From Microgenomates group bacterium (GTDB lineage: Bacteria; Patescibacteriota; Microgenomatia; PFEM01; JBNASD01), in contig JBNASD010000003.1 in NCBI GenBank assembly GCA_049720225.1, forward strand, positions 143 through 64,142: a DNA stretch of 64,000 bases, given 5' to 3'. Below, in pieces: positions 9,710 through 17,539 of this stretch (its first letter is position 1; each line of letters opens with the position of its first letter). The notes under the pieces were generated by a model. It saw nothing but the letters and a program-made list of their open reading frames with translations. It was not told the origin of the DNA and searched no databases. The translations under genes were made by a program, and so were the position numbers.

Positions 9710-10927
9710 ATGAAAGAAAAAAAGTTTCGCCTTTTTTTATTTTTGATCGCTTTTATTTTTATTATTAGTGGCGCTTTTTTGGCAAGTTTAATTGCCCGTG
9801 GATACCGCCCTGATTTTTCTAAAGGAGGAATTTTACCAACCGGGATTTTGGTGACTACTTCTACTCCCGATGGCGCTCAAGTTTATATTGACGGAAAATT
9901 AAAAACCGCCACCAATAATACGATTAATCTTTCTCCTGGAAAATACGAAGTAGAAATTCGCAAAGACGGTTTTTATCCTTGGAAAAAGACTTTAGAAATT
10001 AGAAAAGAGTTGGTCACTAAAACTGATGCCCTTCTTTTCCCTACTTTTCCTGATTTAAAAGCCTTGACCTTTACCGGCGCCCAAAATCCGCTTTTATCTC
10101 CTGATGGCACTAAAGTAGTTTATAGTGTCAGTACTTCCTCCGCTGTTCTTAGCAAGCAAGGACTTTGGGTGCTAGATTTAATCGACCGTCCTTTAGGTTT
10201 AAATCGAGAACCAAGACAAATTGCTGTTAGCAGTGGAAAATATGACTTTGCTAAATCACAATATCGCTGGTCTCCTGATTCAAAACAAATCTTGGTTAGT
10301 TTTGAATTTCCTCAAGGAAAAAAACTTCCTCCTAAAAAAGAAAACTTTCTTTTAGATTCGGAAAGATTAACTCCCCCTTCAGAGCTTCAAGATATTACCC
10401 CTACTTTAAATCTTCTTCTTGCCAGCTGGCAAATTGAGGAAAAAACAAAAAAGGACTCTCAATTAGCCAAATTACCACCAAAACTTAAAGAAATTATTAC
10501 CGATAAAACCAAAGAGATTATTTTTTCTCCTGATGAAAAAAAGATTTTGTATACCGCCACCGCTTCTGCTTCTTTACCTGAGGGAATTATCCCTCCTCCG
10601 CCAGCTCCCAGTACCCAAAAGGAGGAAAGAGAAATTAAGCCCGGAAGAATTTATGTTTATGATTTAAAAGAAGATAAAAATTTCTTTATTACCGAAGAAA
10701 CCTCACAAAAAACAGTTTCTTGGTTTCCCACATCAAAACATATCTTTATAGTTCAAAATGATAAAATAATAGTCAAGGAGTATGATGGAACTAACGAGAC
10801 GGTAATTTATAGTGGCTATTTTATTGATAGCTTTGCTTTTCCTTTTCCCTCAGGAAATAAAATTCTTCTTCTTACCAACATCAGTAAAGATACCCCTCCT
10901 AATCTTTATGCTTTAATTTTAAGATAA
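9710..10927 (+). CDS. Membrane-anchored PEGA-domain protein with TolB-like beta-propeller repeats
   Basis: N-terminal TM; STPDGAQVYIDG...PGKYEVEIRKDGF (PEGA); SPDGTKV, WSPDSKQI, FSPDEKKI repeats. Confidence 0.82.
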   Translation: MKEKKFRLFLFLIAFIFIISGAFLASLIARGYRPDFSKGGILPTGILVTTSTPDGAQVYIDGKLKTATNNTINLSPGKYEVEIRKDGFYPWKKTLEIRKELVTKTDALLFPTFPDLKALTFTGAQNPLLSPDGTKVVYSVSTSSAVLSKQGLWVLDLIDRPLGLNREPRQIAVSSGKYDFAKSQYRWSPDSKQILVSFEFPQGKKLPPKKENFLLDSERLTPPSELQDITPTLNLLLASWQIEEKTKKDSQLAKLPPKLKEIITDKTKEIIFSPDEKKILYTATASASLPEGIIPPPPAPSTQKEEREIKPGRIYVYDLKEDKNFFITEETSQKTVSWFPTSKHIFIVQNDKIIVKEYDGTNETVIYSGYFIDSFAFPFPSGNKILLLTNISKDTPPNLYALILR

Positions 10928-10944
10928 ATTACTTTTCGAAGCGC

Positions 10945-11112
10945 TTATTTTACTGGTTCACCGCATTTTATACAACCAACAAATCCATCACCACTTGCAT
11001 CTTGGGGTTCTTCTTCCTTAGGATTTACTGGCTCTCGCGATCCAGAAACCCAACCGATTTCATGATCACATTTGCCGGCAGAAATTTCTGGTCGCCTTTC
11101 TGAAGAAGCCAT
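10945..11112 (-). CDS. Small 55-aa protein with CxH...CxxC (possible Zn ribbon), not in ORF track
   Basis: MASSERRPEISAGKCDHEIGWVSGSREPVNPKEEEPQDASGDGFVGCIKCGEPVK*; preceded by GAAAGGAGGTGAG Shine-Dalgarno and a TTGACA...TAAACT promoter. Confidence 0.65.
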   Translation of the reverse strand: MASSERRPEISAGKCDHEIGWVSGSREPVNPKEEEPQDASGDGFVGCIKCGEPVK

Positions 11113-11207
11113 TTTCTCACCTCCTTTCTGGAGGGAGAAACCCTTCTTAGTTTAAAACCAAAAATTTTTTTCTGTCAAGAGGAAATATGGTAAAATAATT
11201 TATTCCC

Positions 11208-11282
11208 GTCCCCATAGCTTAACGGATAAAGCAAGGGTTTCCTAAACCCTTGATGGAGGTTCAATTCCTCCTGGGGACACCA
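11208..11282 (+). tRNA. tRNA-Arg(CCT) with encoded CCA
   Basis: Acceptor GTCCCCA/TGGGGAC; anticodon arm AGGGT-TTCCTAA-ACCCT; T-loop GTTCAATTC. Confidence 0.95.
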
Positions 11283-11354
11283 CGGAGCGTAGTTCACCGG
11301 TAGAACGCTCGGTTCGGGACCGAGAGGCACTGGGTTCAACTCCCAGCGCTCCGA
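11283..11354 (+). tRNA. tRNA-Pro(CGG), CCA not encoded
   Basis: Acceptor CGGAGCG/CGCTCCG; anticodon arm CTCGG-TTCGGGA-CCGAG; T-loop GTTCAACTC. Confidence 0.95.
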
Positions 11355-11367
11355 CTAAAATTAATTT

Positions 11368-12417
11368 TTAAATTACTTTCCTTAATCTATAAAAATTTGT
11401 TTTTGTAAATAAGGGTAGATTATTTTCTTTTAATTTTTCCTCTGGTTTTAATCTTTCCTTTGGTATTAAATTTTGGAGGCTTCCTTTTCTTTTTGTTTTT
11501 ATAATTATTTCTTCCCTTATTAGATCAATAATCATAAAAACAAAATCTTTCTTTTTTTCATCATAACCAATTAAAAAAATATTATCTCCTTCTAAATCGC
11601 CAATATCAGGAACTCTTCTTCTAAGGCTTTCAATTAAATTTTTAACCGATTCTATTAAAGATTTTAAAAAAGCGCTATAATTACCGGCAAAGTATTTATT
11701 AGATAGTTCTAATAAAAAACCTTCGTAGGGAAATTCCTTTTTCTCTTTTTCTTTCTGGGTTGGTTTTTTTCCTTCCCTTGTTAAAAACTCAAATATTTCT
11801 GAAATAGTTGGTTTGTTGATTCTCTCCATAAATTGAAATTCTTGAATCTCGTCATCTTTCGGATTTCTTCTTACAATAAATCCATAAAATTCTGGCGTTA
11901 GAATACCATCCTCATTTAATCTTTTAAACAACCCCAAACAATCAATAAGGGACATTTTTTGGATTACTTTTTTTCCGCTTCTTCCTATTATTTGATCAGC
12001 AGTAACAAAATCCTCTTCTTTAGTGATTTTCTCCGCCATTTCTCTTAACCAAAACATGCTCCTCCTTGTCACTTTTATCGCTACTTCCCCAAGAGAAGTA
12101 TTAAATTGAAACAATTCAGAAAACCCTCCTTCTCCTATTTTTTTCATTTGATTTAATCTTTGTGGATTTCTCACTAATTCTTCTGCTGATTCTTTTAATT
12201 CTCTCCCCCTCTGAGTAAAAAAGCGATATTCATCATTTAAAGGATCAAAAATTAAAATACTTCCATCTTCATAAGAATAAACGTTTTCTCCCAATGAAGT
12301 TTCTTCTTGATGTGTTAAGGGAGAACCAAAAATATTTTCTTTACCTTTATTTTTATCTAAAAATTCGATAAGCGGGGGAATTTGGCTTTTTGTTTCTTCC
12401 TTTACTTCTTCTTTCAT
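11368..12417 (-). CDS. Protein-kinase-like fold protein
   Basis: Gly loop KIGEGGFSELF, VAIK lysine, hinge FMERI, catalytic-loop-like DLEGDNI, IID. Confidence 0.7.
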   Translation of the reverse strand: MKEEVKEETKSQIPPLIEFLDKNKGKENIFGSPLTHQEETSLGENVYSYEDGSILIFDPLNDEYRFFTQRGRELKESAEELVRNPQRLNQMKKIGEGGFSELFQFNTSLGEVAIKVTRRSMFWLREMAEKITKEEDFVTADQIIGRSGKKVIQKMSLIDCLGLFKRLNEDGILTPEFYGFIVRRNPKDDEIQEFQFMERINKPTISEIFEFLTREGKKPTQKEKEKKEFPYEGFLLELSNKYFAGNYSAFLKSLIESVKNLIESLRRRVPDIGDLEGDNIFLIGYDEKKKDFVFMIIDLIREEIIIKTKRKGSLQNLIPKERLKPEEKLKENNLPLFTKTNFYRLRKVI

Positions 12418-12457
12418 CTTTGAAATTATTTTTTATAAAAAAATTTTACCCCAATTT

Positions 12458-13864
12458 TTACTGGGCTTCCAAAAACGCTTTATAACCTTCAAAAGCACAA
12501 TAGATATCCCCCTTATGGGCGACTTCAAAAGGAGCGTGCATATTTAAAAGGGCTACCCCGGCATCAATTACCTCAATGTTATGCCGAGCAAAAAACATTC
12601 CCACTGTTCCTCCACCCCGCAAATCAACTTTACCAATTCCCGCCGCTGGTTGCCAAATTACTCCTGCCTGATTTAAAACCTTTCTTATCCAAGCGGTATA
12701 TTCGGCGGAAGCCTCGGAAACATAAGCTTTTCCTTTGCCACCAGTATGTTTTTCTACCACCAAACCCGCTCCTAAACGAGGTGCGGTTATCGGATCAGAA
12801 ACCTCTTTAAAATTAGGATCTAAAGCGGCGGTAACATCAGCAGAAATCGCTTTAGAAACTGCCAACATATCTCGTAAATCATTTTCGGTAGCTTTAGGAT
12901 TTTCTGCGGTCAACAATGAAGCTAAAAAGTCTTTTATAAAAGAAGAAGTCGCACCAGTTACTCCTTCGCTACCAATTTCCTCTCGGTCTAAAAGAATTAA
13001 AACGGTAGTATAAGAGGGATTATCAACCGCCAAAAACGCCTGCCAAGCGGTATAAGCACAAACCCGGTCGTCTTGACCATAGCCAACAACCAAACTTTTA
13101 TCCCACCCTCCGTCACGAGCTTCTCCTGCCGGTACAATTTCTAAATCCGCCGAAAATATATCTTCCTCTATCAAACCATAACAGTCATTTAAAATTTTAA
13201 GGATTTTTTGCTTCACTAAATCTTTTTCCTCTTTTTTACCCTTTTCTTTCTCCTCCCATGCGCCAACCAGCAAATTTAAGTTTTCTCCTTCAATTGCTTC
13301 CGCTAGTTTTTTCTCTAACTGTTTTTCTGCTAAATGAGGAAGAAGGTCAGTTAAAATAAACACGGGGTCTTGAGGTTTATCCCCCACCGCGATTTCTATC
13401 TTTTGGCCATTTTCTTTTGCTACCGTGCCATAAATTGCCAAAGGTAAAGCGGGCCATTGGTATGGCTTGATTCCTCCGTAATAATGAGTTTTAAAAAAAG
13501 CCAATTTTTCTTCTTCATACAAAGGAAGGGCTTTTAAATCCAACCTTGGAGAATCAATATGGGCAGTTAAAATCCTCACTCCTTCTTTTAAGCACTTTTT
13601 CCCTTTAATTGCTAAGATAATTGATTTATCTCTATTTATCAAAAAAATCTTTTTTCCAAATTTTTGGGGGCGAAAACTAATTTCTTGAAAACCAACTTTT
13701 TTAGCTTTTTCGGCTATCCAACGGACTACCAAACGTTCTGTTTTAGCGGCGGTTAAAAACTTTTTATACCCCTCGGCAAATTCAAAAGCCTGACGAATTT
13801 TTTTAGAACTCCAAGAAGAAAAACAATAATGACGGTGATAAACCATAGAATAAAATTTTATCAA
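12458..13864 (-). CDS. M18 family aminopeptidase
   Basis: AHIDSPRL, HYYGGIKPYQW, GQDDRVC, EEIGS, SADV, MHAPFE. Confidence 0.92.
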   Translation of the reverse strand: MIKFYSMVYHRHYCFSSWSSKKIRQAFEFAEGYKKFLTAAKTERLVVRWIAEKAKKVGFQEISFRPQKFGKKIFLINRDKSIILAIKGKKCLKEGVRILTAHIDSPRLDLKALPLYEEEKLAFFKTHYYGGIKPYQWPALPLAIYGTVAKENGQKIEIAVGDKPQDPVFILTDLLPHLAEKQLEKKLAEAIEGENLNLLVGAWEEKEKGKKEEKDLVKQKILKILNDCYGLIEEDIFSADLEIVPAGEARDGGWDKSLVVGYGQDDRVCAYTAWQAFLAVDNPSYTTVLILLDREEIGSEGVTGATSSFIKDFLASLLTAENPKATENDLRDMLAVSKAISADVTAALDPNFKEVSDPITAPRLGAGLVVEKHTGGKGKAYVSEASAEYTAWIRKVLNQAGVIWQPAAGIGKVDLRGGGTVGMFFARHNIEVIDAGVALLNMHAPFEVAHKGDIYCAFEGYKAFLEAQ

Positions 13865-13884
13865 AAGTCAATCAAAATTTACAA

Positions 13885-14481
13885 CTATTCCCCCACCATT
13901 AATAACTCTTCTACTCTTTTGTAGGAATGAATTTCTTTTTCTTTAAACCAAAGCTCTCGCTCAATTTTTGCTTCCTCTACCGTGCCGGAAGCATGAATCA
14001 AATTATGGACTGACCGGCGTTTTAGGTTGGAAAGTAAAGGAGAATCAAAACTATAATCACCTCTAATTGTTCCCGGGGGTGCTTGTTGAGGATAAGTAGG
14101 ACCAACAATTTTGCGTACTACCTCCACCGCTCCCGGTGCTTCTAAAAGCATAGCCACAACTGGCCCTTCGGTTAAATAATCAACATTCCAACGTTGAACC
14201 ATTTCTCCAATTTCCCGATTGCTCATTTTAAAAATTTCTTCGCCCGGATCAAATCCTTGCTGTTTATAAAACTCTTTTACTTTCTTTCCTACATTCTCAT
14301 ACCATTCATCATTGACTCCATAGTGTTTAAAAGCCATATCCTTATCAATCCAAACCATCTTTAAAGCCACAATTTTCAATCCTGCTTTTTCAAAACGAGA
14401 GATAATTTCTCCCACTAATCCCCTTTTCACTCCATCGGGTTTTACTAAAACTACGGTTTGTTCTAAAGGAATTTCGGCCAT
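13885..14481 (-). CDS. ndk: Nucleoside diphosphate kinase
   Basis: VKPDGVKRGLVGEIISRFE, PGTIRGD, NLIHAS. Confidence 0.95.
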   Translation of the reverse strand: MAEIPLEQTVVLVKPDGVKRGLVGEIISRFEKAGLKIVALKMVWIDKDMAFKHYGVNDEWYENVGKKVKEFYKQQGFDPGEEIFKMSNREIGEMVQRWNVDYLTEGPVVAMLLEAPGAVEVVRKIVGPTYPQQAPPGTIRGDYSFDSPLLSNLKRRSVHNLIHASGTVEEAKIERELWFKEKEIHSYKRVEELLMVGE

Positions 14482-14556
14482 TGATTAATTTTAAAACAAA
14501 GAATTCTTAAAAACAATACCCTTTTTTGTCTTCTTGATTTAAATCATTAAAACAAA

Positions 14557-14778
14557 TTATCCTCCACCACTTGCCCAAGGCTTATTGCAAAAATCCTGAT
14601 TTCTTCTTAAAGGACAACAATCGGAACCGAAAGGATAAAGGCAAGATTCTCTTCTTGTATCGCTAACCGCACAAATTCCTTGCGAAGGAATTTCTTTTTT
14701 TGGAACTGATAAAGGATTACCAAACTGAATTGTCTCGGGGGTAATCCTAAAAGGGCAATAATTTTCCGGCCAATTCAT
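14557..14778 (-). CDS. Small Cys-rich hypothetical protein (73 aa)
   Basis: 6 Cys; TG-A-TATACT extended -10 just upstream of the ATG. Confidence 0.5.
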   Translation of the reverse strand: MNWPENYCPFRITPETIQFGNPLSVPKKEIPSQGICAVSDTRRESCLYPFGSDCCPLRRNQDFCNKPWASGGG

Positions 14779-14888
14779 TTACATTTAAGTATATCATTTT
14801 TTTTAAAAAATTTTTAATCGACACAAAAGTTAATCTTTATTAATTTGAAATATTAATTTTTCAACAAATTATGATATAATATAACAAA

Positions 14889-15848
14889 ATGTATAATCCA
14901 TCTCCGGAAACAAAAGCAATAATACCCACTTCTAACTCATCTGAAGAAGGAAGAATAAAATTAATCAGAGATATCTCAAATATATTAACGCCCGAAAATT
15001 TTTTAACGTTATGGGGTGCTTTAAGTGAATTATTTCCCGATTCTCTTAATCCTTCGGATAAAAAATCAAAAAAACCTATGATGAGGATGAACTTTCCTCA
15101 GAAAGTAATTGAATTATATCTTGTTGGTATTGACAATATAATAACCACAACAAACTCCAAAAAAGATCCAGAAACATGGATTAAAAAAGTAGTAAGAATA
15201 ACCTGTCTGCCTGATCCTCAACAACCAATTCCTCATTTTGAAATGCCTCCCGTACCAATAATAAGCCCAATAATAGACGAAGAAGATTCTTGGAAAAAAA
15301 TAATAGAAGCTTTATTAATTTCTTATATTGAAACCCTTCAGGAATTACAAATGCCATTAGAAATAGAAGTGGACCAAGTAAGTATTAATGGTTTAAAGTC
15401 TTCAGCAACTTTAGCAGTTCCCTGGCCAACACTGAAAAATGTAATAAATTCTTCACCACATTCACCTAATTCAAAACGGTGTTTTTTTCCCTATTCCATC
15501 AATTCTCCAAATACAGAATTACTTTTTCCGTGCACTATAAGCGAAAAAAATGAAAACCAACAATCTTCTCCTCAAAACTTAGGTGAATTTACTCAATTTG
15601 TAGAAATGTTATTAAGAAAAAGATTTACAGCTGACCTTAATAGGGTTTTTAATGAAATAAAAAAGATTGTTGGAGAATATTTAAGAATCGCCAATTTACC
15701 AAAAGATCAATTACCTCAATTTACTTCAGAATTATATTTAACTTATTTAAGATGGATATATCAATTGATGAGGGTTTATTTAGATGAAGTAATTTCTCCT
15801 CTTAATGATTTTTTAAAAAAAGAAAATCCTGTTAAAATTTTATGGTAA
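14889..15848 (+). CDS. Hypothetical protein
   Basis: 319-aa ORF filling the intergenic gap; TG-A-TATAAT 8 nt before ATG; no recognisable motif. Confidence 0.65.
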   Translation: MYNPSPETKAIIPTSNSSEEGRIKLIRDISNILTPENFLTLWGALSELFPDSLNPSDKKSKKPMMRMNFPQKVIELYLVGIDNIITTTNSKKDPETWIKKVVRITCLPDPQQPIPHFEMPPVPIISPIIDEEDSWKKIIEALLISYIETLQELQMPLEIEVDQVSINGLKSSATLAVPWPTLKNVINSSPHSPNSKRCFFPYSINSPNTELLFPCTISEKNENQQSSPQNLGEFTQFVEMLLRKRFTADLNRVFNEIKKIVGEYLRIANLPKDQLPQFTSELYLTYLRWIYQLMRVYLDEVISPLNDFLKKENPVKILW

Positions 15849-17090
15849 AATCACCGTTAAATTTATTTTTTCCCTTTTAAATAACTGACGGGTGGTTTTT
15901 AAAACTTCCTCCTTCCCTACTTTATCAATCTCTTCTAGCGCTTGGGCAAGAGTCCGAATTTTTCCCTCCAAAATTAATTGACCAGCATAGCGGTCTGCCA
16001 TCGCCTGAGAATCTTCCAACCTTAAAATTAAATGCCCTTTAAGCATTTCTTTTGCCTTGGTCAATTCCTTATCTTCCACTTTTTTGGTCGCTAATTTTTC
16101 CATTTCTTCTTTCACTAATTTAATAGCTTGGTTAACCTTATCAAGACAAACACCTGCCCGACAAACTAAATAACCGGAATCAGTATTTGGTTCATATTCA
16201 GTAGTAATATAATAAGCTAGCCCTCGCTTTTCCCGAATTTCCAAAAATAACCGCGAACTCATTCCTCCGCCTAAAATTGCCGACAAAACCGCGGTTGACC
16301 AACGAAACTGGTCTTTTAAAGAAGGTGCCGGTACTCCTAAACAAAAATGGGCTTGCTCAGTTTTTTTGCGAATAATTTTTTGCTTTGCTTTTTTTTGATT
16401 AAGAAAGGCGTAATTGATATTTTTTGATATTTTTTTACCTACTTTTGGAAGCTGACCAAAATAATCCTCAATTAACTTAATTAATTTATTTGTCTTTTTT
16501 AACTCTTCTTTTTGGCCAGCAATTACTAAAACCATATTTTGAGCAAAATAAAGCTGACGCAAATAAGTTAAAAAGTCATCTCTTTTAAGAGCAACTACCG
16601 TTTCTTTTTCTCCAGCAATATCCCAACCCATGGAATTATCACCATAAAAAAGCCGTTCAAACTCCACCGCTACCTTAGTCATTGGCACATCTTCCCGCAT
16701 ATTAATTTCTTCAATAATTACCCCTTTCTCCCGCTCAATTTCTTCCTCTTTAAATAAAGAATTGGTAAGCATATCAGAAAGAATATCCAAAGCCAGTGGT
16801 AAATATTTTGCCGGTAATTTCACCCAATAGCCAGTAAATTCTTTATCGGTATAAGCATTAAAAATCCCCCCTACTCCCTCAATTTCACTGGCAATCTCTT
16901 TGGTAGTTGGCCGTTTTTTTGTGCCTTTAAAAGCCATATGCTCCAAAAAATGGGAAATGCCATTAATTTGCCGAGTTTCATAACGACTTCCCGCCCCCAC
17001 GCCAACCATCACTGTTACCGATTCCACCGAAGACATCGGGACTAAAACTACCCGCAAACCATTTTTAAGAGTAAATAAAGAATAATCCAT
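15840..17090 (-). CDS. M16 (pitrilysin-like) zinc peptidase
   Basis: GISHFLEHMAFKGT (HxxEH), NAYT, GGGMSSRLF, REKRGLAY. Confidence 0.93.
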   Translation of the reverse strand: MDYSLFTLKNGLRVVLVPMSSVESVTVMVGVGAGSRYETRQINGISHFLEHMAFKGTKKRPTTKEIASEIEGVGGIFNAYTDKEFTGYWVKLPAKYLPLALDILSDMLTNSLFKEEEIEREKGVIIEEINMREDVPMTKVAVEFERLFYGDNSMGWDIAGEKETVVALKRDDFLTYLRQLYFAQNMVLVIAGQKEELKKTNKLIKLIEDYFGQLPKVGKKISKNINYAFLNQKKAKQKIIRKKTEQAHFCLGVPAPSLKDQFRWSTAVLSAILGGGMSSRLFLEIREKRGLAYYITTEYEPNTDSGYLVCRAGVCLDKVNQAIKLVKEEMEKLATKKVEDKELTKAKEMLKGHLILRLEDSQAMADRYAGQLILEGKIRTLAQALEEIDKVGKEEVLKTTRQLFKREKINLTVILP

Positions 17091-17092
17091 CT

Positions 17093-17141
17093 TAAATCCT
17101 AAATTCTAATATCTAAATTCTAAACAAATTCAAAATCCAAA
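17093..17141. repeat. Degenerate heptamer array downstream of the four-helix-bundle gene
   Basis: taaatcc taaattc taatatc taaattc taaac aaattc aaaatcc; inverted relative to the array at 17476..17538. Confidence 0.6.
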
Positions 17142-17152
17142 ATAATTAAAAA

Positions 17153-17492
17153 CTACTTTGTTTTTTCTAAAATTGAACCAAAAATTTTCATTAGTTGTGT
17201 TGTCTCTTCAATTAATTCAATTTTCTCTTTTTTTGTTCTAAAATCTGAATTGAGTAATTTTAACCAAAGTCGAGTTTCTTTTGCTTCCTTCCAATATCAT
17301 TAAAAAATCTTTTTTGCTCAAAGCCTCGTTAGCCTCAATATAATTAGCAGTAACCGAACCAGAAGAATTAATCAATTGTCTTCCATCTTCAACATTGTTC
17401 GCAGTTTTAGGTAATCTTGCTACAAATTCCCGACATTTTTTGGCGAAAATAAAAGTTCTTTCTTCTAAATCATATTTTTGAATTTTGGTCAT
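17153..17492 (-). pseudogene. Four-helix-bundle (23S rRNA IVP/TIGR02436-like) gene, frameshifted
   Basis: YDLEERT...QLINSSGSVTANYIEANEALSKKDF in one frame; KEAKETRLWLKLL...ETTQLMKIFGSILEKTK* continues in another frame to the stop at 17153. Confidence 0.8.
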
Positions 17493-17538
17493 TTGAATTT
17501 AAATATTACTTAGAAATTAGGATTTAGGATTTTGGGTT
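17476..17538. repeat. Degenerate heptamer array overlapping the start of the four-helix-bundle gene
   Basis: ttttgaattttggtcatttgaattt...tagaaattaggatttaggattttggg; first 25 nt identical to 27574..27598. Confidence 0.65.
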
Positions 17539-17539
17539 T

